64,000 bases of DNA from Harriotta raleighana. Lineage: Eukaryota. The stretch spans positions 516,119 through 580,118 of the forward strand of contig JBNZDD010013622.1 of the NCBI GenBank assembly GCA_050575255.1, written 5' to 3'. The position numbers and the translations under genes are program-made. Numbering within the stretch: position 1 is the first letter of the stretch; the number at the start of each line of letters is the position of its first letter. This document shows, piece by piece, positions 1 through 14,100 of the stretch. The notes beneath the pieces were generated by a model. That model was not told the origin of the DNA and made no database searches. It saw only the letters and a program-made list of their open reading frames with translations.

Positions 1-585
1 TCGGGGTTGGTCTTTCTCTTCGTTCGTGACTCCGGTAAATTTCTTCGACTGGCCATTCCCCTCCTAACCTTAGCTCAAGCTCTCGCTTTCATCTCTGTTA
101 AAGGGTTTGGATTTGAGATATTTCCCAAAGTGACCAGGCACTTGTTACAAACAACAAGAAGTTACATTTGTAAAGCGCCTTTCACGTCGGGAGGACGTCC
201 CAAGGCTTTGTTCTTTGTAAATGTAACTCGAGCCCTTTCAATGTGTTGCCACGTGTAGCATCACTATAGCCAAACACGCAGAGATCAGGTTACAGAGTAT
301 TAAGGCGCTAGATCAAATGCACAGATTCTTATTATGAATCGAATTATTATTCACCCCCAGAGAAACCTCATCGATCTCGCGTTTCGCCCACAAACTACAC
401 AGCCAATCCACTTTCCAACATATCCGAGAAGCGCTATGAGACATGTCAACGATGTGAAAAGGCGCTATATCAAATGCAAGGATTATTATTAATATTACTT
501 GCAGCTGCGTTATCCAGTCAGTCACCAGCCAGAAACAGTGAGACGTTGACTGACACCTGGACCATTTATTTCAATCCATTCTCAG

Positions 586-2166
586 GACAAGATATTCTTT
601 GATCAGAAGAAACCTCTCAGATACCAAGATGTGGTCAGAGACAGTCTCAGCCGCTCGGAGGTGCTGCTGAGGGACATGTTCATGGATGCCGACAAGGTGG
701 GCCGGCTCAAACACCCACAGAGCAAGGAGATAGAGAACGAGTAAGTCACACAGTTACCATCACTCTCTTTAGGCTTCGTAGAGTCCTATAACGTAACCCT
801 CAGAGCACTCTCCTCGCCAGCGAGAGGAACCGGGCTCGATTCCTGGGTAGGGTGAAACGTTGGGCAAGTTTCCATTACTATATATAATATATATATATAT
901 AAACACACACACACACACGCAAGCCTCTGTTTACCCAGCGGTATGTAGGAATGCAGTTGTTGGTCGGCTGGTGGATAAGAAGTCCTTTAAAAAGAACGAA
1001 TAATAATAAATTGGGTTGGCTCAATTCATGACTGTTTGTGGGACGCTGCTGTGCGCAATCAGCTGCTGCGTTTCGCCCACAAATGTAGTCAATTCATTAC
1101 AGTAATTTTCTGTGAAGCGCTTAGAAACATCTAGAAGATGTGATAAGGCGCTGTGTCAAATGCAATGATAATTATTATTACAAGCTCCATCCCTCTCCCT
1201 CACCTCTCTATCCCCTTCTCTCTCAAGTACAAGTGAAGTTTCCTCTTCAATGCAGATTAGAATCTAATAGAGGGATTTGAATGGTTTATATCCAGAAGAA
1301 CAGATATTCTGGACTTAGGGCCAAGGATGTAATTTAATTACAGGATTTGGAGAGTTTATATATACTGTACAATAATGATAGACGAGAGAGAGAGAGGTAC
1401 AAGCTGGAATCTCGGGGGCTTTCAGAGGAAGGCATCAGGTTCACAGGAATGGAGCTTCTGTGATTTATAACTGTTCTGTGAAGTGTCTCTAGTTCACGGT
1501 AAACAGTGCCATACAGAGAAATTAACGATCATAAAGTAATCTTGATGGTGAATTGCTTGGTTATTCCATCACCAAGTATCTGGTCTCTATGTGAGAGTGA
1601 GTGTATGTGTGTGAGCTGTGACAGTGGGCGTTAGTTGCTGTCCCACCACAGAAGAGGAATCAAGGCTGAGATCATTCATTTCCCTGTTGCTCAGGGGACG
1701 TCGCCGTGCTCAAACTAGTCGCTGGGCGAGACTCTCCCTCCTCCGCAGCGGGGCTGGCACCATATAAATACAACTTGTTGTTGTGTTGCGTGTTACCTGC
1801 AAAACAGTCACTTCACTTTCCAGTGAATCGTGCGAAGCGCATTGAAAGCGACCTCCTGAAGTGAAAGGCATTGGATCGAATGCCAAGATTATTATTCATT
1901 ATGATGACTTTCTGGCAAGAGTCGATGGCTACTAACGAGTTGTTGTTGTTGTTGTGTGTGCTCAGTGTCAAGAAGATGCACGAACGCTGGGCCAAGCAAT
2001 GCTCTGACTATCGCGATCTGTATGAAAGGATGGAGCTGCCCAAGCTTGACTCCGCTGATTGGCCTCAAATCTTGGAAAAGAAGCAGGTACTTCACCAACT
2101 TCCACCCGTCTACATATGTCCGTCCGTACGTCCAAGCACAGATCCCTGGAGCTCGCCTCAGTCATT

Positions 2167-2198
<32 letters not shown>

Positions 2199-5100
2199 TG
2201 ATGTCCACCTCCCTGTTGTGTGTGCCCACAGAGAGAGATCAGCGCGGGTCAGTATGGACCTCAGCTAACGGAGCTGGAGAAGCAGCTTGGTGAGCACAAT
2301 ATCATGAACAGAGAAATCGAGTCCTACAGCCCCAAGATCAACAGCAAAAACATCCCCAACCCGGTGAGCACCAGTGTTGGACAGTTACCTGCAGCCCTCG
2401 ACATTCATACCATGTTTGGCCCACAAAATACATTAAATTCACTTTACAGTATATTTTGTGAAGCGCTCTGAGACGTCTCGACAACCTGATAAAGCGCTAT
2501 ATCAAATGCAAGGATTATTATTATTTTATATTATATATTTTATTATATTATTTTATATACATTAATAGACTTTGATATCAGCTGCTTTTTTTTAACCAAA
2601 GATAAAGATCCTAGCAGAGAGTAGGAACCCGATTGTTAGACGATTGGCAGATTATTTTCTCGGGTGTAATAATCCAAATCAATACTGTAAATCAATAATA
2701 ATAATATTAATTTGGTCACCCAATCCACGACTGTTTGTGGGACACTGCTGTGCGCAATCCTTCTGATTCAACTGTTACTGTCTGACTGGAGTATGTTGTG
2801 AGAGCAACTGGAGCCCACTGTGAGGCCTGGCTAATGACTAGTGATATTGACTGTTGGCTGTGACTTTCTCTTGCAGGAGGAGCTGAAACGGATCCAGCAA
2901 CAGTACCAGAAGCTGCAGGTAAGTCTCAGCATTGCAGTGGCCCTGGCTGGTTTACAGCAGTGATGGTAAAGCCAGGGGAGCTATTAGCCCTTTGCCAACT
3001 CTTTACCCTGATTTGTGCTCGTTTCTCTGTCCCAGATCCACAGAGTAAGCAAACCCCTCATTGCCCGGTGTGGGGCGCTGGCCTGGGTGTAGGAGATGGG
3101 TTCCACCCCAGATCCAGAGATGATCACAGCAGCTCTGTCAGCAAAGGCTGGTGAAAGATCAAGATTTCCTGTTGCTTCTTGATTGGAACAAGGGTAGAAA
3201 CTAAATTGCACTTACACCCAATGCACAGCCAGCTGTGACCCAGACACTCACTCCCATAATATCCCGGGTGCCCGGGAGATCTGCTGAAGTCTTGGTTTAC
3301 AGGAAATTCTCAACAGTGTGAGACCTTTTCTCCCCCGGCGCCATTTACCCTACAAATTTCTGCCCTGCATTAACCCATTCCTCCCTGTGCAGGACCAAGC
3401 CAAGAAGCGTAAACACGAGCTGGACACTGTCTACGACTACGTTCAGAGCTGCACCAAACAGCTGATGTTCATGAACGAGCAAGAGGAAAAGATCCAGAAA
3501 CTGGATTGGAGTGACCAGATGATGTACCCAGAGGAGATCCGCAAACAGTACGAGGTGGGTTGGGGTGGGGGGGTCAATCCCTGAACTCCGTCCCCTGGAG
3601 CTGAGTATGAGGATGATGGGGGGACCCGTAAGTGAGGTTTGGACTAAATAACCGTCTTTTTGTTCTTTTCTTTCCAGTCTTTCAAGGAGAATGGGCTGTT
3701 GGAAGAGGAGGCCATTGTTAATAAGCTCCAGGAGAACGGAGACAGGTTGATTGCGCTGAAACACCCTGGGAGCCCTGCCATTGAGGTATGGTTAATGCGT
3801 TAGGCAACCATAAGGATTAACGTGAATATTATTGTTTGTAAAGCTTTGTTACGTCGTACATGAATGTGGACGGTCGGGATTTCCTTGTGGCCTGTCCTGG
3901 TGAGCTCTGGGCTGGCTGTCTGTCTGCTCAGGTCTTTGCAGTGCATTGACTCTCTACCCGGTGGCGCTGACATCCGTTGGAACTTTCTTCCAGGCTCACA
4001 AAGACGCGGTGAGGGATGACTGGCAACAGTTCCTGAACCTCTGCATCTGCCAGGAGGCACATCTGAAGAACGTGGAGGATTACAAAAAGGTAAAGGAGAA
4101 ATGGGGAGGGGGTGGGGGGAGAGGGGGAAGAGCGCGTCACCGCTTAGCTTAGTCACACCGCTCAGGGCTGCGTCACTCAATCAGTTGTCTAGATTCCCTC
4201 AGTCTGTACAATGCTGCGGTCAGGCTGTGCATTAAGTACCTCACACGGCTCCAGTCACTGTGATATAACAGGCTGTTCAGGTCCGAGAGACAGTGCAGAG
4301 GAAAGAATAAGGCTGATCCCCCACTTTAGAGGAATGAGTTTGTCAGGGATGACTAGACGGCCTGGACAGTTGTCTCGAGAAAGGCGTCTCAGAGGGTAAA
4401 GCTCCTTTTTGTAACAAATTTTAAATGGGATTCAAAACGTAAACCCACATCAGTACTTTAAGGATATATCACGCTAGTAGAACAAGAGATTGCAGGTTGT
4501 GGGGCGACTTCAGGATAGACACCAGGAAAATTTTATGCAGATGGAAACTAATGGCTGGGGCAGGTTGCTGGACACATTTAACAAGCAGCTTCCTGCAGTG
4601 TTGGGGAGTTGATGGGGGTGGGAGTGAAATCAGATGGGCAGAAAGAGGCTTTCTTCATCCAAACCAATCTTGTGATTGTTTGATCTCCCAGAACTTTCCC
4701 TTCCACTGTGAGTCATGTTACACCCTGGCTGGGTGCTGACTGCAGGGAGGATCCCACAAGTAATATAATCGCAGGTGCGGTCCGCAGATATTGTCCTTTA
4801 TACTGTTTACTCACAGGGGAGAGAGCGAGTGGTGACTGTTACCTGGTGATGTGATTTGAAAGCTAGTTACGTGACCACATATTTATGGATCTCTGATTGC
4901 TGTTCCTTTCCACTCTCCCTCAACAGTTTCAGCGCAATGCAGATGCTCTCGACCAGACCATCAAAAAGCACAATGTGGAGCTGGACACCAAGTTCTCAAA
5001 GTACAACAAGAGCAGCCCCAATGCTATGACTGAACTGCTTCAGCAGTTTGAGGTGAGTGTAATGGACCAGTTGATCCCCAGTGCACATTGTAACCCTAAT

Positions 5101-8100
5101 GTCCAGAATTCGTCAGAATCAGCTTCAAATTAAACAACAGTAAGTATCTCAGAGACGATCTCTGCTGCGATCCTTTTGCTTCCTGTTTCCCGCAGTCACC
5201 TTGGGCAAGTTTCCTTACTCCACCCGCCTAATAATAATTCCTCCCCCAAAAATTGATCATTTCAATTCACGACTGTTTGTGGGACACTGCTGTGTGCAAT
5301 TGGCTGCTGCGTTTCGCCCACAAGTATACAGACAATTCACTTAACAGTATATTCTGTGAAGCGCTTTGAGATGTCAAGAAGACATGAAATTATTATTATC
5401 TTAATCTCTCTCTCTCTCTCTCCCCCAGATGGATGAGAAGAAGGTAATCGATATGTACAAAGACGTCAATGAACTGAAGAAGCAGAGCGGGCAAATCATG
5501 CCTCTGAAATCCAGGCGCACTCCAGTCTCTAAACCCATGCCAGTCAGTGCGTTATGTGACTGGAGTGATGATCCCAAGGTGAGAGAACATCAGTGAGATT
5601 TTTTTTTTTTAAAAAGGCTGTGGATTATGGCTAGATCCATTCAAATTTTCCAAGGCTGAGGTGGATAGATGTTTGTTAGGTCAGGGTATCAAAGGATATG
5701 GGGGCAAGGGCGGGTAATTGGATTTGAGGTACAGATCTGCCATGATCTTATAAAATAGCGGAACAGGCTCAAGGGGCTGCATGGCCTCCTCCTGTTCCTA
5801 TATTTAAACTTTTATTACATTGTCTTTCGCAACCACAGGCTGAGAAGAGTAGATTTCATGTCCCTCAGAGGTGCTGCTCCATAACTGCCAGGCGTCCATA
5901 GCAGCTCGATAGCGTGAGACCGCCTTGGGACGTCCTCCCGACGTGAAAGGCAGCAAACAAATGTAATATCGTTGTTGTTGTAATTGTTACTGCTCTCCAT
6001 CAACCAGTTTTCATAGCACACTGATCACTGCTTGATTGTGTGTGGGGAGTGGGGTCTAGCTGGCTATGAGTGTGTGTGTATATTGTGTGTGAGTGGGTGG
6101 CTGGTACCTTAAGAACGTAGGAATTTGCTGGGCGAAGAAAGACCAAAGTCTTCCACCATCCTGGCAGTGGCTTGACATGTCATGTCCCAAACTATATACA
6201 GTACTGTCTGTGTTCCTTCCTGCCTGCCTACCTACCCACCCACCCACCCACCTACCTACCCACCGTGATAGGGCAGGGAGAGAAGTTAGACAGAAGGAAG
6301 ATCCTGGATTAAACCTGCCTAAAATGGGAGCAGTTGGTACCACAGTTGATCTCACTGCTCCTGGGCTAGGCTGGGAGGGCGGGGATAGGTGGGGAAGCAA
6401 ACCAGNCATGAAATTATTATTATCTTAATCTCTCTCTCTCTCTCTCCCCCAGATGGATGAGAAGAAGGTAATCGATATGTACAAAGACGTCAATGAACTG
6501 AAGAAGCAGAGCGGGCAAATCATGCCTCTGAAATCCAGGCGCACTCCAGTCTCTAAACCCATGCCAGTCAGTGCGTTATGTGACTGGAGTGATGATCCCA
6601 AGGTGAGAGAACATCAGTGAGATTTTTTTTTTTTAAAAAGGCTGTGGATTATGGCTAGATCCATTCAAATTTTCCAAGGCTGAGGTGGATAGATGTTTGT
6701 TAGGTCAGGGTATCAAAGGATATGGGGGCAAGGGCGGGTAATTGGATTTGAGGTACAGATCTGCCATGATCTTATAAAATAGCGGAACAGGCTCAAGGGG
6801 CTGCATGGCCTCCTCCTGTTCCTATATTTAAACTTTTATTACATTGTCTTTCGCAACCACAGGCTGAGAAGAGTAGATTTCATGTCCCTCAGAGGTGCTG
6901 CTCCATAACTGCCAGGCGTCCATAGCAGCTCGATAGCGTGAGACCGCCTTGGGACGTCCTCCCGACGTGAAAGGCAGCAAACAAATGTAATATCGTTGTT
7001 GTTGTAATTGTTACTGCTCTCCATCAACCAGTTTTCATAGCACACTGATCACTGCTTGATTGTGTGTGGGGAGTGGGGTCTAGCTGGCTATGAGTGTGTG
7101 TGTATATTGTGTGTGAGTGGGTGGCTGGTACCTTAAGAACGTAGGAATTTGCTGGGCGAAGAAAGACCAAAGTCTTCCACCATCCTGGCAGTGGCTTGAC
7201 ATGTCATGTCCCAAACTATATACAGTACTGTCTGTGTTCCTTCCTGCCTGCCTACCTACCCACCCACCCACCCACCTACCTACCCACCGTGATAGGGCAG
7301 GGAGAGAAGTTAGACAGAAGGAAGATCCTGGATTAAACCTGCCTAAAATGGGAGCAGTTGGTACCACAGTTGATCTCACTGCTCCTGGGCTAGGCTGGGA
7401 GGGCGGGGATAGGTGGGGAAGCAAACCAGTTTTTAGATCAGATTACACCCTGAAGACAAAAACAATTTGCCATGGTTGCAATTGCAATTCTGCAAATCCT
7501 GAACAAAAGGACAACTTGATGGGTCATAGAGCTGGGGCTGCTCTCCTCTCCCTGTGTCCTGTCCAACAGTCTTCCCGAAATACAATTGGTCACTCGCACT
7601 CCATGGCTGTTTGTAGGACTTTGTATATCGTTCACTTTCCAAATACAGAGTCACTACACTTCATGGTAAATCCTAGCGAAACACATTGAGATGTCTGGGC
7701 AATGTGCTAAGGCGGTCAATCAATTGAGATCCCTCTGGTGAGGTGAGCGTGTACAGTAGGTTGTAACAGGGAGAGTGACATCACTGGGCCAAGTTGGGGA
7801 TATGTAGGACTTGGACACCCCCTAGAGTCTGAATCAGGAACTGGGCAGTCAGCATCGAACAAACTCACTCTGGTTATGTCAGCAATTGCTGGCTCTCTCC
7901 TGGGTCACACTGAGCCCTCACCCGCTCTTTCCCGCCCCACTGCCCCCGCCCGGGTCACACTGAGGTCCTTTTCCCTCCACCCTCCTAACCCACCCATGAG
8001 TGGTGCAGAGTGAAGAGCAGAGAGGGGATGACAGCTGAATGGGAGAGTGACGTGTCTTTGACCTTCACAGTCTGAAATTAACCGCGGTGACAAGCTCACC

Positions 8101-11100
8101 CTCCGGAACAACAACGACAAGGAAAACTGGGTGGTGGCCACCAGCAAGGGTGAGACCAAGTCGGCCCCTGGCGTGTGCTTCAGCATCCCTCCACCGGACC
8201 CCGAATCTATCACTCTAGCTAACAGGTCAGTCCGTGCAGTCATCGCTTATCTCGACATGTTCTTCCCATTGTCAGTTGCTTCGTTGATCACAGCTAGGAC
8301 TCAGGGTCACCAGCTGGGACACAGAGAGAGGGGGTGTGAACTTTACGCTTTCAGCCACTACTGGGCCACCTGAAGATCTTTCTCTTCGTGCCGACCCTCA
8401 CCCCCCAACTTCGCTGTCCTTCACCGGGCTCGGTGAAGTTCTCCGCTGCTGTTGAATGTCCCCGGGACGCTTCTCTGCGTGAAGGAGCGCGGTGTTTAAA
8501 CAAACACACGTCCCACTGATCCTGTGTGAGCTGTGACCTTTTGTGATTCTCAGGCTGGAGAAGGACATCAATAACCTGAAAAAGAAGCGAACGGAAGTGG
8601 AGAAAAACCTGAAAAAACAGCAGGTGGAGACAAACCACCTGGATCAGGCCAGCCTGCCGGCCTTCTACGCTTCCCCACCAGGTGAGCGCACAATACACAG
8701 CCGGTACTAACCATTAACTAGCACTAACCATTAACTAACACCAACCCAGAGCCAGAACACACCAAGACACTCTCACTGCCTGGCTAACCTCCAAGCTGCT
8801 CATCTAACTCGCACCATCCTGCCTGTTGAGGCCCTGGATTACTGAGATTGTACATCAGCTCCACTTGGTTTTGGTATCCAATGCCAACCTTATATGTTCC
8901 TGGTTGATACTGCCCTCAAACTCTCTGCGTTTCTCCTCCGCTCTCGGTGTTGGTGTGAGCTGCTCTGCCTCAGTCCAACCTCATCTGGCCCATTTTGATG
9001 CACATTGTTCCCAGCACCTAGTTCCATTGAGTACCTCTGTCAAGTTGTTTCTTCCCTGCTCTCTCTCTCTATTGACCAGCCTGACCTGTCTCTGTCTCTC
9101 TCTCTCTCAGGAGCCAAGTCCTCTGATAAGGATGAGAAGCTTTGTAAAGAACTCCTGCCTAAACTGGACAAGATCACTGCGGACATCGACCAGACTGAGA
9201 AGGAGTTAACAAAACAGTTGCGTACCCCAGTAGACCGCAATGAGGCCCCTCAGGATCTCAATGACCGCCTGAAGGACCAGCAGGTAAACAACAACAAATT
9301 GCCTTTGTATAGCAGTCTTTCACATCAGGAGGATGTCTCAAGGCATATTGATTGTCTGCAGGTCAAGCCACCACCAGAATTGGTCAGGAAATTTTAGAAG
9401 GCATTCTCTCCCGGCCCTCCCCCTCGCTCGGGTCCCGACCTGACTGTTCGGTGCCTTGAGACGTCCTCCCGATGTGAAAGGCAATCTATGAATAATAATA
9501 ATAATCCTTGCATTTGATATCATAGAATCATAGAAGGTTACGGCACGGAAGGAGGCCATTCGACCCATCGAGTCTGTGCCGGCTCTTTGACAGAGCAATG
9601 TCACTTTTAAAGCACTTCTCAGAATATACTGAATTGACTGTATATTTGTGAGTGAAACGCGGCAGCCAATTACGCACAGCAGTGTCCCCAAAAACAGTGG
9701 TGGATTGAAATGACCAATTTTATTATTGTGGGTTTAAATGTAACTTTGTTGTTATTGTTTTGATGCAGACAAAATTTGAAGTAGATTCTATACACTGTGG
9801 GACAATAGAAGCCCGACAGCAAGGAGCGCAGTTGGGAGTGGGGTGGGTTTGAGCAAATGGTAGCAAGAGCGTTAATGCCCCTCATCCCCTGCTCTGCCCA
9901 CAGTACTTCAGCAATAAGCTGCAGGACATTGGGAGAGAGAAGGATGCCGCCCAGCGAGATTGTGAAGCCATCCTTGCGAAGAAGCCCACATTTTCCTCGG
10001 TGCCTCTGCTGAAAGACAAGCTGAACAAAATGAAGGACAGTTACAAAGATGCCACCCAGCTGGTCAGCCAGGCCCAGGAAAAGTGAGTGCACACACAGCA
10101 GTGACACTGTGACTTATTTTGTCCACTTAATACTAAGACAACTCATAATAATAATAAAGTTTGCATTTGATACAGCGCCTGTGTTAAGAACGTTGAGAAC
10201 AACGATTGTTGAGAATGTCCCGGAGTGCTCCACAAAATATATTTGAGAGTAAATTGACTATTATTCTCCAGAACGAATGCTCAGCTCAAGTTGGAGAAGG
10301 ACATTAAGAAAGCCAATGAGGTCCTCATACCCTATGAGTTGAATCTGGCTGAGGAAACAGTGGTTCCTAGCTCACCCAAAGCCATCCAGGACAGGCAGGC
10401 TGAGTTACAGGTATGGACCGAAACAGGTGGAAACCTGCCGTCTGAACTCTCTATAGTGAAGGTGAGGGGATGTGGGGGGGAGGTGGGGGTGTGGACAGAG
10501 GTAAAGTCTGCCCTTTACTCTGGGACCCAAGACCCAGAGCTTAGGGGGAAAAGCGCAGCCAAAGAGGAATGTCTTGAAGAGAGCTTTGAACAGAGTGAGG
10601 GGAGCGAGGAAGGGAGGGAGCAAGGAAGGGAGGGATTGAGGGAAGGAGGAAGGAAGGGGGCCCGTTAGTTTATCAGTCTTCATAAAACTTCCTGATGCTC
10701 ATTCTTGGCTGGTTTCAGAGATTGAAGCACAATCTGGAAAAAGATCAGGACACGATACAGACCCTGAACCAGAGTCTCAAAAAAACTGATCAGAGTTGCA
10801 AGGCTCTCCAGCTGAACTTCCAGGAGTTCTGCCCCAACTTCAAATCCCAGCAGACTGATGTCCAGCGTCTCAATAAACGCAACAGCAACATCCAAGATCA
10901 ACTGGAGCGCAGGTGAGCAGATATGTACTGGAGCATGGTGTCAACCTGGTTCAGATTCTATTCCTCTCTCCCACACCCCTCTATTTCCCTGTCCCAGAGC
11001 CCTCTCTACTCCCCTCTCTCATTCTGGTAACAAGCTCAGGGTGGGGATTGATGCTCTGCTGTCTGATTGCTCACAGGGAAGCCATGATCCGAGATGTTGA

Positions 11101-14100
11101 TACCAAATATCACAACGTGAAATCCTCTGAGAAAAACCTCAACAGCTTCATGAACTCCCTGCCCGTCAACCAACTCAACCCCACTGACAGCCTCAGAGAC
11201 ATGGAGACCAAACTCCGCTCACAGGAGGTAGGTATCAGCCCAGGGTGTAGGTACTGTATAGTAATTAGAGATTAGTTTTCTTTTAGGAAATAAAATCATG
11301 GGATATAGTATATAGGATACAGTACACAGTTTATTCTGCGAAGCGCTTTGAGACGTCTAGAAGATGTGAAAAGCGCTATATTGAATGCAAGGATTATTAT
11401 TATTATTATTATAGATAGTTTGGGACTTCCAGGAAGGGGGAATGAGAACTAGATGGATTTGAGTTTTTTTTTCTCACATTTCTTACGTTCTTATGTATAT
11501 TGGAGTGTGGGAAAGTGGAATAGAGGGGAATAAATCAGAAACAAAATTCACAGTCCATCCACTTTATGGTGTGTGCTGTGAAGCGATAATATGAAAGGCA
11601 CTCTGTCAAATTGAAGGATTCTGGTTAATATTATAATATAAAATGAACGTAGTTGTTGATATTGTTGCTTCCTCCACCACCATTCAGGCATTTCATGTTC
11701 CAACAACTCACTCTGTGTGGGCAAAATAAGTGTCTTACATCTCGTGTTTACGGCTGCTCTCGCTCAGTTGACTCACTTGTTTCTCTTCATAGAAAGTGGT
11801 GGCTGACATCAAGAAGAAGGAACCTGAGAAGGACGCAACACTCAAACTCTCTCACAATCTGCAGTTAGCACTCAATGTACGTATTAGTTTCAACAATAAC
11901 CACAACAACTTGCATTTACAGTGTCCCCCTATGGAGAGTAGCGTCCCAGAGCACTCGACAGTGGCGGAGCAGGATACTGAGCCAATGGGAGGGGTGAGGT
12001 GACTGTAGGCACAGTGGGTCAACGAGGAAGGTCTTTAGATGTGTTCTGAAGATGGAGAAGAAAGGAAGGAAGGGGAAAGGTGGAGGGATAAAGGAAGAGT
12101 GTTCCAGAGGCTCAGGGAGTAGTGGTTGAAACTGCAGGTGGAACAGGGGAGACCACAAATTCTCTGCTTATACAGAGCACATCTTTAATGAGGAATTGAG
12201 AGAATTCATTGCCTCCGTCGCAAGAGAAGCCAAAAGGCAGATAACAAGAGACGAGCGGCCTGAGAGGTCCATGTAAAGATTTTAAACCCCCCAAAAAATC
12301 CATGTGTGTCAAATGTTATTTGTCAGTGCATGTAAAGATGGCTAACTTTGTGTTATTGATTGCTTTGAAGGATTTTGAAAAGAATTCCGAAAAGTATCAG
12401 GCGACACTGGATGACAGCAGCAAACCACTCACCAAGAAGCTGAAGGTTCAGCCTCTGCAGGATGTTGTTGAGGAACAGGTGAGGGTCACAGCGCTGGGAA
12501 AGTGAAGTCCACAAGCTGTGGGCACAGTGCAGGCTCTGCGATCACACTGGGGTTGCAGGGAGAGAGCTGGAAGAGAGTGAGGGTCACTTGAGAGACACAT
12601 TAGGGGGAACCTGTCAACACAGTGTCCCTGAGGATAACAGGAAGAGAGATTAAACCTGGGAGATTAAAGGAGACCTGGGTATGATTCCCGTCAGGGCAAA
12701 AACATGGGCAAGTTTCCTTATTCCACACAACTGATAATTCCTCAAGCAAAAAAACTTAAGAATAAATTGGCCATTTCAATCCACGGCTGTTTGTGGGACC
12801 CCTCTGTGTGCAATTGGCTGCTGCGTCAAGCGCTAATCTAGAAAAGCACTATATCAAATACAAGGATTATTGATATTATTATTAAAAAGGTTTATTGGGT
12901 GAGAAAGGTTCAAGTCTGGTGACCTGCCCGGCTCAGCAAATGGACTGCAGACCTCCACAGAGGGTGGGCTTGTTTCTAAGATCTGGCATTCTGTTGCCAA
13001 ACATATCATCTTGGAGCCAGATCAGCTAAAGACTCGCTTAACTTTATTTCACGCAGGAAAAGGTCCTGGCCAAGCAATTTGCTGAAGTTTCATCTTCAAA
13101 CCAAGAACAACTGAAACAACTGTACTACGCCACGAAGGTTAAAGGAAAGGTAAGGTGTACACATATATATATTATATATATATATAGAGATTAGAAGGTG
13201 AACATTGTCTCCCTGAATACTTCAGGAGCAGTTTTGATGTTCATGTTGACACTCTTCCTTGTTAACCATCCCCTCCTGCCTCCTAAAGTCACGAGAAAAG
13301 CATTGTCACTTTGGGGAGCAATTTCAGAGAAGCTGTTAAGTAAAGGGGATGGATCAACATTGCACAGTGACATGTGGAGAGTGTTGGGGTCTAATCTTCT
13401 CGAGAAATGGATGCAAAGGGGATCCAATGCAGAAATGAACCCAAACGACAACTTGCATTTATATAGCACATCTCAGGCAGGATTTCTCTTGACAATGGTG
13501 GAACACAACGCCAAGGTGAGGGGAGGTGAGAGGTGACTGTTGGCATGATCGAAGAGGAAGGTCGTCAGGTGCAATCTTCCCTGAAGATGGGGAAGGAACA
13601 GGCAGGGCGGGAGACGTGGGGCAGGCTGGACAGGTTGGTATAGAGTTAGCAGGTCACAGTGGTGCTGTGAGAGGTCAGAATTGGCCCAAACCAACCTGGA
13701 TCAGTAGACCACATAGTGCTATTGTTTAGCAGATACTCTAGATTCATTGGCTTTGGTTCCCAGTCTAAGGCAGGCTCCAAGTGATGTGCTAATTGTGAAA
13801 TAAGTTTCTAAAAGTGTGCATTGTTATTTATCCCTGAAGCAAGAAGAAATTCCAATAAGGCAGAGTGCACAGAACAACAATATGCTACTTGCAAAGAGAG
13901 ACAGGAATGATCTCAAAGAACAGACGATAAACGAGGCAGAGAAAGTCCGATTGGCTGAGGCAAATCTGAAGCAGTACAAGGAGGAGCTTCAGGACCTGAA
14001 GTACCAACGACCTGTGGACACGAAGCAAGAGATGGAAGTGGTGGACTTTTACCGGGACCCGAAGACAGAAAACAATCTGACTACTCTGCGAAACAAAATC

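Noticed and set aside
5383-7429. Apparent tandem exon duplication in EVPL
   Set aside because: Copies look identical including intronic repeats and are joined by a single N, which is the signature of an unmerged contig overlap.
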